From Octopus sinensis (Eukaryota), in assembly GCF_006345805.1 (NCBI RefSeq), contig NC_043022.1, forward strand, positions 11,160,001 to 11,224,000: a DNA stretch of 64,000 nucleotides, in the 5' to 3' direction. Made by a program: the position numbers and the translations under genes. Under the pieces are notes generated by a model. That model was not told the DNA's origin. It saw only the letters and a list, made by a program, of their open reading frames with translations, and searched no databases. Below, in pieces: positions 39,560-51,639 of the stretch. Every line of letters begins with the position of its first letter. Positions within the stretch are counted from its first letter, which is position 1.

Positions 39560-40205
39560 ACGAGGGTGGAATCACCACCTAAAGTTAAAAAAACAAAACA
39601 AAAGGAAGACAACAGACGAAATGGAAGATAGAACGTGCGAAGAGAATGATGCAGAAGCGAAAGCAAGTGAACCGGCAAAATTAACAGCAGAAGAAGAATG
39701 GGAAAGAAGAGTGGAAGAGCGGTTGAAAGTTTGTAAGAGAGGAGGAAGACCCAAGGGAAAGAAACACAAAGTGGTAATGTTATACTTCAAGGACAAAAAT
39801 ACGGAAAAGATGTTGGCAGGTAGGAAAGGTTTAATTTGAGTAAAGTTGAACCCAGAAATATATGATGACCAGTGGAAGGCGGTAATCGTGGAGAAAGAGA
39901 CAGTGGAGAAATTGAGATATGATTATAGTATATGTGAATGGTTATATGTACGTTATGACACTTTATCAGCTATTGTGGATCAGGAGAGGTTACTAGAATA
40001 TATGACAGATGAACAACCAGTATAGCAGAACTGTATTTTAAATGAAACTGCGAGTTTTGGGGGGCTCGTAAGCCATTCCATTTAATTCATTATAAATAAT
40101 TCATTTTCATTTCATATTTTTCGATTTTTTGTTGTTGTTATATGTACCCCATGTCTGTTGTAATGTCCCCTCTCAATTCGGGCCTTCGTGCCTATAATAA
40201 AAATT
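39560..40205 (+). mobile_element. Short charged ORF (ORF1-like, one internal stop) joined to a LINE-type 3' tail
   Basis: MEDRTCEENDAEAKASEPAKLTAEEEWERRVEERLKVCK... followed by a T-rich UTR and AATAAAAA. No RT seen. Confidence 0.35.
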
Positions 40206-41024
40206 TTATCAACTAATGGGCCATCCGAAACGATCAAGGATTATTGATGTACTAGTTACATTGAAAACGACGCAAAGTGAATGATACAAAGACTGCTTTT
40301 GAACACACCAATATATCCACTCTCTTGAACAAATTTCACCATTGGAAACATTTGTCAACGATTGTCAGCAATTTAAGAATATTATTTGAGATGTCAAAAA
40401 CAATTTGAAGGAAATATTGCATTGTGTCAGAATTGGTTTTATCAATAATTCCAGTGTCAAGTGGTGCCAAAACAGAAGCATTCAAGTATTGTTCTTCTTG
40501 TTCGCGTGATATTTTTACCAGGAATCAGTTTTATTTGTAGTTGTGGCTATATTTTGTTTCGGTTGTGATTTGGATTACAGACCTGGACACTACTCCATCA
40601 TCTGCTGATTGTCTTAGAAATGAAGTTACAAGCAGTGAGCTTTTAATTGTTGTCTCAGTCAATTTATTGATATACTCCATCTTCAGACTCTGTTACTTGA
40701 AAAACAAGATAGGGTTTTCTCTATTCTATGTTTTTTTAAATATTTTTCTATAATCGTATGTTTATAAAAAAAGACGAATATTTTTTGTATTGAATAAATT
40801 TAGCGCAGAAGGTTTTTTTTTTTTAAATTCATCATCATTTAAATCTTAGCATTGCTAAAAGTTCCATTTGTCAGTTAATAACCAGTTTAAAAAATTGCAA
40901 ACCCTTATCAATAGATTATATAATTTGATTAGTCTTAAGCCCTAATACAAGCACTATTGTGGAATCAGAAATTTTATGTGAAACGGAATGCAATATTATA
41001 GCACAGAAGGCGGCAGCGAGCTGG

Positions 41025-41225
41025 CAGAATTTTTACTGCGTCGGACAAAGTACTTAGCGCATTTCTTCCAATTTTACGTTCTGAGTTCAAACGCTGCCGG
41101 GGTCGAGTTTGCCTTTCATCCTTTCGAGCTCAATAAAATGAATACCAGTCGAGCACTGAGATCGTTGTAATCGACTTATCCACTCCACAGAAATTGCTGA
41201 ACTTGTGCCAAAAATTGAAACCAGT
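41025..41225 (+). mobile_element. SINE family C
   Basis: ggcggcagcgagctggcagaat...gttctgagttcaaacgctgccggggtcgagtttgcctttcatcctttcg...cttgtgccaaaaattgaa. Confidence 0.8.
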
Positions 41226-41739
41226 ATTATAGTACATAAGAGAGAAGAATCTACAATATTCAGGTCTTAAAACTTGCTTAAAAATTAAATCGGCGAAGTA
41301 TCGTTCCAACTTGTGCCGAGTTTACAAGCTTTTACGTGAAGGAACCGTTCAACTCTTTCTTAGATCCTTCCTCTGACTTATCTCCAGTTTTAGTGCGTCT
41401 TCCACTTCGTTTAGTCTAACCCACTTCCAATTTTGGTTTGTCAAAACAATTCCATTTAAATTTGAAATTTCATCTCCAAAACAGACTCCTCAGTTTATGC
41501 CTCCAATCAATTTTAATTTCTGAATTGTTTTCCTTACCTTTCTTGATAAAGAATATATCATTAACATTAATAACTTTCTTTCCATTATAGATGTCATTTT
41601 GTTAATTTTAAGAGGAGTTTCGTTACTTTAAATGCACTACACCGGACGTGTATGTTCTTTGTGTAGAAAGCACCAAGATTTTTTTCCATATTACCACCTT
41701 AATTTTATTATTCATCATCAATAGGATTCAATGAAGCTA

Positions 41740-41990
41740 AGAGCGCGCACGAGCGAGCAAGAGAGAGAAAGAAGAAAAAAAGTTTAAAGCGAGAGGGGCG
41801 GAGAAAGAAAAAGCAAAATTGCATTTCAAAAAGGGAAAACAGTGGGAGGCAAACCAATTTAATTGGAAAATATGATACTTCCAGTTTTCTTTTATCTCTA
41901 CCACTCGACAGTATAAGGCACTGTAACAATAAACAAAAGAGAAAGTCCAGAAGGTCACGTTAGATACGATTATTACTGACGTCAAAAGTA
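41740..41990 (+). promoter_or_regulatory. Candidate promoter/enhancer motif cluster
   Basis: GC box GGGGCGGAG at 41795, CCAATTTAATTGG at 41854, TATAA at 41912, perfect CRE TGACGTCA at 41977. No downstream CDS identified. Confidence 0.3.
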
Positions 41991-42891
41991 TCAGCTCAGC
42001 ATCATGATTTCAGGTTGGAACGCTTGCTTGTTAATGAAATGTTTGCCGGACATACATAATTTACTGACACCCTCTTGAAAGTTCATTTCAAAGACTTCAT
42101 CACAGGCACTTTCAATTTCTCACCACTTCAGCTGATTTTCTTCGCCACATAAAAGTCCTCAAAGAACTAATTTGTACAGTAGTGTAAGCAGTTAATTACG
42201 AGAAGTACTACCAAAGGCAGACTTTTAAAATAGGGCGCATTTTTTAACGAACAAGTTAAGGGACAATGCGAAACGAAGATGTCAATTCCGTTGACAATAT
42301 TCCAAAGGAAAACGACAAATCATACAGGTATACCCTGCGTCACGATAACTCGTTACAAAATTCCGCACTGATATAACTTTTAAAGTACGGCTATTATTTC
42401 CGGAATATAAACTAATTGAATTCTTACGGAAATTCGGATAAATTTTAGCAATTCTGAAAATTAAAATCATGATACGTATATAATTTTTTAGAGATTAAAT
42501 TTAATGTAACACTTTAATATAGATCCGACAGCTTGTAATTTTTCAACATATATTCTTTAAATTTGTATTTTAATGTTTTCATTACTCTCAACCTTTTCAA
42601 TACCTATCCACGAGCCCCTGCTCTGCACATTTTTTCGCACACTCAATTATTCACTTTCTCCTCCATCTCTATCTTGTTAGGGTTATTCACATGACTTCGT
42701 TTTTCATAGATATTGCCTTGGGTCTTGTTACTAACTTTAATCTCACAATATTTCCATATCGTACAGCTTCCATCCTTCTACAACCATTCTGTCTTCAATG
42801 TTACATTTCCATTCTTCCATCCGTTGTCATAAGCCCACTACTTTTTGCAGATCCAGAACATTACTACAGTCCTCTGATTCTACTGTTTTGC

Positions 42892-43033
42892 TATATTTGA
42901 TGCGAGGTTTCTTGTGTATCTCCGTTGCTACAAATCTAAATTGGAGTATTACTCTCATCCTATTGGATGAGAGTAATACTCCAATTTAGATTTGTAGCAA
43001 CGGAGATACACAAGAAACCTCGCATCAAATATA
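42892..43033. repeat. Perfect inverted repeat: 69-bp arms, 4-nt loop
   Basis: 42892-42960 is the exact reverse complement of 42965-43033. Confidence 0.95.
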
Positions 43034-43084
43034 TGAGCCATTATTACACTGAAATAAAAACAACAGTGTCTAATGGATTCGTAA

Positions 43085-44509
43085 AAGGATGTTGGACGGA
43101 GGGTCCGATTAAGTTGCTAGGAGTTTGGTTCGGACCGGACCTCCAAATAGAGAAGAACTGGGACGAGGTATCGATCAGGGTGACCCACATAGCTAAGACC
43201 TAGTCTTGGCGGTGGCTATCCCTGAAAATGAGGGCGGAGGTAGCCAATGTGTCCATGGCATCGGTCATTACCTACCGCCTAACCGTCGTTCCTTACCCTG
43301 ATTCGTGGTTGATCAAGCTAGAAAACCAGTTCTTCCACTTTTTGTGGAAAGGCTAGAAACCGCTTTTGAGACGCTCTACTTGCTGCCAACAACCGTTAAA
43401 GGGTGGGCTAGGGATGCCTTGGTTATTGATACGTAGACATGCGCTGAGATTGAGGTAACTGTGGCTCTACCTGGATGGTGAACGGGTGTGGTCTCTGCTG
43501 GCGAAACGGATGTTTCCCAAGTTCACTAGTTTCGGTGGACGAGAAACCTGGTTCTATCGAAGATCGAAGTTGGATACATGATTTACGGAGTGTCGCAAGG
43601 CTCTCCTGCTATTCCGTCGCTCGGGCAATCCCTGCGGTGGAGGTTCCACCGCATTCTTTTATAGAGGGCTTGTAGAAGCGGAATGTGACGATACCTTAGG
43701 GGAAGCCCTAGGTCTCGACGATAATCAACTAGCTAGTCTGTTCCAATATACATTCGGGCCAAAGACCTTGGACAACTTTCAGAAGTCTCTGGCATGACAG
43801 TGTTACCGAGGAGCCTTACCTGTTCGGGGCAAGCTCACAGGGCATGCTGGCCGCGGCCCTTAGACTTCTCTAAGATGTGAGCGGGATAGGGAAACCGTCC
43901 CGCACGCTATTGTTCAGAGGTGTCGGACTTGTGGGTTTATGCTGAACAACTGTTGTCAAGTGCAGGAAGAGTACAGCTCTCGACTGAGTCTATACTAAAA
44001 ATTGACCCGCCTGATTTCCTTTCGAAAGAAGGTAAGAATTGTTTTCTCATTGTAGTAGCAATTGCGAGAGAGGTGATTTGGAAGACAATGCTGAAAGAGT
44101 TAAAGTCTGGCACCTTCATCTCTGGCCCTGAATAGGTGAATTACTTCACCTTTCACCTTAAAAGGAAATGAGGGCTAGAGAGAAAATGCCTAGCTGTGAA
44201 AATGTTTGAAAATCGATGGAAGAATGTAGCATGGATTTTGCGTGTCAATGTAACCTCATGAATGCAACGCAGGCCGTATCTCAGGTATAAGTGGCGAGGC
44301 GGGGCTCGTGGGGTCCGAATGAAACCTGCCTCTCCACTCCATCCGTAATGTCATCCGGTCTGTCCTATCATTCGATTTCTTTATATTCTTTTCTTATTTT
44401 GTGAATTTTTAACTTCATATTTATGTATTAACCATTCGTTCATCTGACCCCAAATCAGATTGTGTTGTCTCTTTCTATGTTGTCTCCTTGTGGGAAATAA
44501 AAACATCAC
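43085..44509 (+). mobile_element. Tx1/L1-like LINE 3' half (late RT, CCHC, 3' tail), degenerate
   Basis: WTEGPIKLLGVWFGPDLQIEKNW, FFHFLWKG, KGGLGMP, RCERDRETVPHA, EKCLAVKMFENRW. AATAAA at 44496. Confidence 0.85.
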
Positions 44510-45280
44510 CTTATTCTTAGCGCAAGTTTCGAAGAGTGCAGTTCGATTTTCAGTTATTTTTCCAAATTTAGAATGGAAGTGACAAAGGAGCATATTCAGC
44601 ATATATTGCTTTATGAGTTCAATAAAGGCAACAACGCAACGGAAAGTGCGAGAAATATTGATGCAGTATATGGGTGTCAGAAATAAGCGTAAGCTAATGT
44701 CAACGGTGGTTCCAGAAATTCCGAGTCGGAAACTACAGCCTAGAAGACAAGCGTCATTCTTGAAAATCTCGAAGTGGACGTTCTCCAAATCCCGGTGGAA
44801 CAAAATCCCATCGTAACTGTTGAGAAACTAGCAAAGAAGCTTTGATTTGGTCATTCAATTATTCATCGACATCTGTGTACCATCGGAAAATGTCCATCTT
44901 CGATTTCAAGACGAAAGTTGTTCTTCCTGCAGGATAATGCTCGGTCGCACACAGCGAGGATGACATTCCAAAGGCTGGAGCAGTTTGAATGAGAAATGAT
45001 ATCCCACCCACCATATTCGCCAGACATTGCCTCATCTGATTATCATTTATTTCACAGTCTTCAAAATCATTTGAACGGAAAAAATATGAATTCTGTAGAT
45101 GAGGTCAGAATAGTAATGGAGGAGTATCTTCCGTCACGGACAAGTGAATTTAGGAAGAAGGGCCTTGCAAATCTACTGTATAGATGAAAAAGCATTGAAG
45201 AAAAGGGAGAAAATATTTTAGATGAAACAAGAACTTTATCTTAATTTTGAAAAATAAAAGAAGTATAAAAAATCGCATCA
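44510..45280 (+). mobile_element. Mariner element lacking its 5' TIR, with internal deletion
   Basis: MEVTKEHIQHILLYEFNKGNNATES, FLQDNARSH, SHPPYSPDIASSDYHLF. Jump at about 44890. Confidence 0.9.
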
Positions 45281-45297
45281 TATATATATATATATTT

Positions 45298-45460
45298 AAC
45301 TTGTTTTAGTCATTTGACTGCGGCCATGCTGGAGCACCGCCTTTAGTCGAGCAAATCGACCCTAGGACTTATTCTTTCTAAGCCTAGTATTTATTCTACC
45401 GTTATCTTTTGCCGAACCGCTAAGTTACGGGGACGTAAGCGTACCAGCATCGGTTGTCAA
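45298..45460 (+). mobile_element. Octopus-type SINE, family A
   Basis: gtcatttgactgcggccatgctggagcaccgcctttagtcgagcaaatcgacc...gccgaaccgctaagttacggggacg. Confidence 0.85.
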
Positions 45461-45464
45461 GGAC

Positions 45465-45890
45465 AAACACCACTGAAGAAGTCATCCTCCTCTTCGTTGT
45501 TGCTGCCTCCAATGTTGCTGCTCACTTCGTCAGACTGCTGTCTCGACCTTACACTTCCATGCTTTTCCTCACCTTGGAGACCTTGATGTTGTTATACTTA
45601 TCCAACCAGATGAGGCGAAACCTGGGGTGGAAGGCAGCAGTTAGCTGGCATTTCTCATCCTCCAGGAGGGTCCTAAACCTTTTGTCGATGCCTGCGAAAA
45701 GTACGACGACCAAGGGGCTGCAGTAAACGAGGCCCTTGAACTTAAAGTCCTTGAGCCTAAAGATCGCCGCGGCAACTTAAGTTAACGGAAGTTAGTTAAT
45801 CCGATAATGATTTCCAAAGTTAACTTGAAAGTTAAATCGTTAACGAAAATGTCAACTTCGTTAATTAACGATTAACGGTTTCGTACTCAG
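45465..45890 (-). mobile_element. hAT-like transposase fragment with GTTAAC-rich subterminal repeats
   Basis: LVYCSPLV...GIDKRFRTLLEDEKCQLTAAFHPRFRLIWL. Clustered gttaac motifs at 45780-45880. Confidence 0.6.
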
Positions 45891-47859
45891 GTTTTCTAAT
45901 TGGCAAATCATTACTGTATCCTTTCCTAATCAGTCACTCTATCATGTATTTTACTTTGTCTATAAATAAGCCAAAACACTAATTATTACCCCGCAGTATT
46001 TTATCTGACTAGAAAAGATGTAATCTAAAATGTAGAGTTCGGTTACACGATATTCAAATTAAAAACACTAGTTATTTTTCTATTCTCTAACGTAACAGCT
46101 AAAAAATATTGTTGTTTTTAGTATCAGAACTATTTCTGTTTATTTCCAAATCACTAAGATAAATTCTATAAAATAAAAATTAAACAATTAGGACACCTGC
46201 ATAATTGCATTTTAGTTGTTCAACTAAACTTATCTTTGTTTTTGCATAAGCCTTTAAGAAAACTAAACTCTATGATAAATATAAGTCAGCAAATAAAGGA
46301 CTACATTTTCCACCTATAATAATTTACAAACTTGTTTATAAACACAGTAAATGCAAAGAAAATGTATGCATCATTAATAAGAAAGGTATCTTTATCAGCC
46401 ATACAAAGAACTGCAGAGCAATTAAAATAGATGGAAGACGAAAAACGAGGAAAACGTAGTGAAGTGGTGAAGACTGATCTTGTGATGTTGGGTGTCACGG
46501 TGGTAATGATCATTAGGAGAGAAGATTTGCCAGCTCGCACAAGCATAATCAAGCTGACATCAAGAATGTTCGAAGTTGTGAAAACCGAAAAATTTTATGG
46601 AAATGTGTGTACGCGTGCGCTCATTTGAATCTATCTGTTACCTGCTTACCTTCCTATCATTCAATTCTCTGTCGTCCATTCTTCTATCATTCATTTTCCC
46701 ATCTTTCACCCTCTTCCCATTCACACTTTCTTTTACTTTCTGTATTACTTTGTCGACCTAACTATGGAAGGCTGTAGCCGATATACCACAGCAACACTTT
46801 CTGCACTGGCAATTATTACTCTTAACATAATCCAACTTCACTTCTCCCTCAAACCTCAAGATACTCAGCTTCTTTCACTATACACTTGTAACCTTCGTAG
46901 CCTCATCCTGATTCTTCCACCAGCATTAATTCTTCTGCTTCCCTTCTCCGACATTTTGCGTGAACAAACGTAGGGAAATGAAAGGGTACCTTACCAGAGT
47001 CTGTGTCACGATAAAACACACCCACTACACTCTGAAGTGAATGGTGAACTAAAGGAAACTATGCAGGGTTGAGAGTATCCTTTGGCAAACTCTCTAGGCA
47101 GTTACCACGGCAAAATGCATATGAACATCACAAACACACACCCGCATGCGCGTGTTGGCGCGAAGATACATACACTTTTTAAAATGTATATATAATTTTG
47201 AAAGAGGAGTATATATATATGCAGACATTTTTGTCTTTCTTTCGTTTTGACTATGTTCGTTTTCTATTTATTGCGTCACCTTTTGTGTCAGCCATAATAG
47301 CAAATCTTATTTTACTTCACTTTTAACATTTGAATTTCAATTGCTGAAGAAATTATGAATATTTATTATATACACGTATAAAAAGCCTATTATATTTAGG
47401 GAACGTATATATTTGCAGTAAGAGGGCATTTTATTTATTTTTTCATTTTTTCGAAGAACGAACTACCTCTTATAGTACGACTGGATCCACACAATACGGT
47501 GAGGACGTGGTATGATTAGTGAATTCTATCGATAAAATTATAGTGTTCCATAGTCGTCGCTTAACAGGGCAAGTTAGTTTCACATTTTTAGGAGAGTTGA
47601 ACAGTATATTAACGTGTGCATATGTGTTAATAGTTTCTAATTTAGACACAAGCCAGAAATTCAAAGGAATGGCTTAATCAATACCGTTGATCCCACTACA
47701 CGACTGTGTTTAATTTAATGGCCTCGTTAATTAATCATAGAGAAATTCGAACTTATTGCGCGAAGATCCACAAGAAATACTGCAATGCATTTTACCTGAT
47801 GTATTATCGATTCTACCAATTCACTCCCCTTGTATATGTCAAATGTTATATATATATAC

Positions 47860-47937
47860 TTTATAAAGCATATTACTCTACCACTGGTATTTGAGTACTC
47901 TTTTTTCCACATTGTTTCACATTTATGTGTTTACTCC

Positions 47938-47990
<53 letters not shown>

Positions 47991-48066
47991 TTATTTAAAG
48001 CAGCAGAAAATTCAACAAAATCTGTTACTCTGAGTTCTCGTTGCCGTTCATCAGACAGTTTTTGCT

Positions 48067-48070
<4 letters not shown>
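47860..48070 (-). mobile_element. Penelope-like terminal-repeat remnant with degenerate hammerhead (48022-48058)
   Basis: CTGT-CTGATGA-ACG GCAA CG(A)-GAAC-TCAGAGTA-ACAG. Stem I is intact but the GAAA core has lost one A. Confidence 0.55.
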
Positions 48071-48117
<47 letters not shown>

Positions 48118-48729
48118 TAAATATAGATGCATAATAGCTTTATATAGTATTGTAAATTTAGTTTCGGAAATTAATACTTATCAGAAATGACTGAATGGAA
48201 GAATACATCTTGGACTATTTCTGACTGATCTGAAAATACAACCACAAGAAAGCTCAGGGATGAAAAATACTGTGAAAAGGACCCGAAAAACACAAGGCCC
48301 TTAAGCCCATGAGTTATATCCCTTAGATTGATTCCTCTAGTCATTGTCCAAATTTTTTGCACAAGGCTGCGGAATGAAGTATGTGTGTGTGGGGGGGAAG
48401 GGGGGTAAGGGTGACGGGGAATGATGAAAGCGATAGATAGATAGATAGATGGGGAGAAAGATCAAGAGGATTTTTACAAAGCATGCATGGGCGTTTATAT
48501 GCGTAAATAAGCGCTGGGTGTAAAGAGAAAATGTTCTTGCTTCTGGGACGGAGCCAACCAGCGGGCAAAATATATTTTCAGCCATAAGGGGAAAGAAAAT
48601 TCGCTTTTAGAGTTCGGGTAGACCATTGCATGAAGGAAATACTTTAAATTAATTTTCTCCGCTAAACAAAATTTGCATCCCATTGCTTTTGCGGTAAGAG
48701 CTGCACGTTTCCAACTATAACAGTTGATG

Positions 48730-49060
48730 TTATATAGCGCTTTCTTTCAGTAGACAAATATGTTTCACCAATATTGTTACATCTCTCCTATATTTTAAAA
48801 GAGGACTTGTGACTTCAGTTTGTTCTTGAAAGGTCCTTCCGTTGTATCCACCTATCTCTGTACTTGTGTCACCGATAGGATATTTTGATACTACTTTTGC
48901 CTCATACGACGGTTTTATGCTACACTGACCATTTAGTAGACGTGTGGCCTTATCTGTGCAGGAGCAGCCTGTGTCCGCGTTTTGTTTGGGCCTATTTACC
49001 AAAATTTGCTTTCTGTGAGGTGTGCAGCTGAAATAGGAAAAATTTTTTTCTTTTACATCC
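48730..49060 (-). mobile_element. Penelope-like GIY-YIG endonuclease remnant
   Basis: GCSCTDKATRLLNGQCSIKPSYEAKV...KYRRDVTILVKHICLLKE resembles C.C.....CPLNGQC....VYEAKV...LSKHIW.LK. Confidence 0.65.
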
Positions 49061-49289
49061 ATAGTTTTCCATGTTTTTTTTTTTAATGCCTAAACGAGTT
49101 GTTAATCAGATTTGAGGTTTTCAGATCTTCAGTAAAAGAAAACCCAAACTATGCTCTTCGTTTGAGCCATGTCTAACTACAATTCACCTTTCCACACCTG
49201 GAAGGTTCTTAAACAAGAAACCGTTCAGTAAAAGTAAATGGTTATTATAGGACAAAAAATTTGTAATACTGTTTGAATATGTAGTGATC

Positions 49290-49690
49290 CTATAACGGTG
49301 CGCGCGCGCGCACCGTCCATTTTGTATTTCGCGCGTGTGGTGTTGGTGCCTTCACCAAGAGAGAGGAAGGGCCCTCTCGCGCATACGCGAACCACCGGAA
49401 GCACGACCCTTTTGCCTACGTGGTAGTTAGCCAAGGCAAGGGGGTCGTAGAACGTTTGACCGCTAGCAGCAGCAGCGGGGACTTGGGACGGCAGCGACGA
49501 AGGAGACGGACGTGTATTCTCGCTGTCCAGCTTTGATAGCAGTCGGCCGAAAGCTTTTAACCAAATTGTTGCCGACCACATTCATCTTCCCTGTTCCGGA
49601 CGCCATATTTAACCCGTTCTGTTTTTAGCGGCTGAACATTGTAAATATTACAATCCATTAACTTTCAGCCTTGCGCGCCCAGAACCAAGG
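49290..49690. promoter_or_regulatory. CpG-rich promoter-like island
   Basis: Non-repetitive and CpG-dense. ETS-like CCGGAAG at 49395, YY1-like CGCCATATT near 49601, TCTCGCGCATACGCG, 22-nt palindrome with (CG)n at 49295-49316. Confidence 0.55.
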
Positions 49691-50159
49691 ACATCAGATA
49701 GCCACTTATTGTTACTGTTACCAAGAAAGAGAATAAAGTAGTATATATATTATTTACGTCTGCGTCTTGTTGTTTCTGACTAGTAGAATTCTGGATTATT
49801 AAAGCAACGGCTAGTGATTTGCTTTCTTGTACCCCGAAAGTACAAGAGAAGATATATTCACACTCACTAAGTTCGTTACAAATAATATGCCCACCCTATT
49901 ACCAAATACGCGAGTTTCCGCTATGAAAACAGTGAAAAATAATAAGAAATTATTTATTCTATAAAGGTACATACACACATTAATTTAGAAAGGAGGTTCT
50001 GTCACGTTTTTGACATGATCACTTTCAACATATTTTTTCAAGACTTACATTAAAATAAGTATCGATTTTTAAATTGTGTGTTTTCTTTCTTTCTTTGCGG
50101 ATCACTTCATACCAAAGTTGTTAAATTCGTATTGACTTTATTCTTTTAAAATAAACTTA

Positions 50160-50360
50160 GGTCAGTCTCATATGAGATGTTGTTTGCTGTATGAATTCAA
50201 AAATGGATCTCTAGCAATGGTAGCAGCAAGAATTATTCTGTCAATAAAAATGAAGTTTTAAGTATACGGACATGCTAACGCTGGTTTGGCCAGTCTCGTT
50301 TGTGGAAAATTTTCTTTTCAAGATTCCCTTTTATCTGGACGACCAAAATGTCCTGAAAAC
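50160..50360 (+). mobile_element. Mariner N-terminal fragment
   Basis: HMRCCLLYEFKNGS...RTC*RWF...SGRP pattern. Confidence 0.6.
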
Positions 50361-51009
50361 CGTAGTGTAGAAAAATACAAAGCAATTTGCATGAGAATTA
50401 ACAAAACAGTTCAACTGAAGTGAGACGGCAATCATAAAACGTCAACAAGGAAAACTGTCTAAAATTAGTTAATTCGTCCATCATCATTTGACTGCTTCTC
50501 AGCTTAATCAAAGAGTTCCCCTCTGCTAGTCATTAAAAACTAGACTTATATCGGAACCTTTCCTGGGTAGAATCACCAGTGAGATCGCAAGGACCTGCAA
50601 TATAAGACCTTTTAACTGAGAAGGGGGTAAACTGTAGAAAGAAACTATGAAAAATGTGAGAAGCAGGTACCTCAGTGAATATATGGTCTACCCATCTAGA
50701 GAGGGTGAGAGGTGGGGAGAAAAAGATATGTGAGGTCCAAGTACAACATGAATAATATACAATAGGAAGTTCACTGAGTGAAAATAGTGTGATAGATGGT
50801 TAGAGTTTGGGAATGAGTCGGATGTAGAGGATATCAGTTCAGTGTAGTAGAAAATAGAAAACGAGTTGTGGAGGATGGTTTGACTGAGTCTCAGTTCTGT
50901 TGAGATGGACGGCTCTTCTCAAGCACAGCATAACGCTATTCACCTTGGTCTCCTGTTGAAAGGGTCAGCATATTGGGGTCAGTCTTCACCACTTCGTTAC
51001 TCGTCTTCC

Positions 51010-51330
51010 TAGGTCTACCTCTTCCTCATGTTCCTTTCACATTCAGCGATCGGCACCTCTTCATCCATCCACGTCACATGACCATACCAGCCGAATCTTT
51101 TTTCCTGCACACTACAACTGATGTCTCTAATGCCTAATTTTTCTCTTGTCGGACTTGCACTCTGACATTGTACATCCATGGGATAAGACCACCAAAAACA
51201 GCAATATGAAAGCGGTTCGAATGAACAACGATACCACAAGGGACGCGTTCGGATCTTAGACAGAGGGGTCCGTTCGGAAAATATATTGCAGTCTCCACCC
51301 AATGCCGCTACAGCTAGCAATAAGATTGCA
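51010..51330 (-). mobile_element. RTE-clade LINE 3' fragment
   Basis: REKLGIRDISCSVQEKRFGWYGHVTWMDEE followed by a GRPRK-like segment. Confidence 0.7.
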
Positions 51331-51639
51331 ACCTATTCTTAGAGGCGTAGGGTGAGAGCACAAAGGATGCGTGACCCCGATATAATCGGTGTCTCCTTTA
51401 TAACATTCTATGGTTCTATTATCGTAGATTTGGCTGGAGGGTTAAAACGCCACTATTCAGGTGTGATGTCCATTATGTCTGCACAGGCGGGAATGGAGAT
51501 ACTCACAAGCCCCTGGTTTCAAATTGTATTGTGAAGTGGATCCCGTAAAGTGGGAGAGGTTACCCCCTGAAGCTTAGGCTGAAAGAACAATTGCTGTGAT
51601 TGCTGTAAATATAAGCACTAAGCAACAAGTATAAGTACT

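Noticed and set aside
40560-40710. Minus-strand exon or ORF MEYINKLTETTIKSS...
   Set aside because: Short, ends in a stop and is unrecognised; more likely decayed TE sequence.
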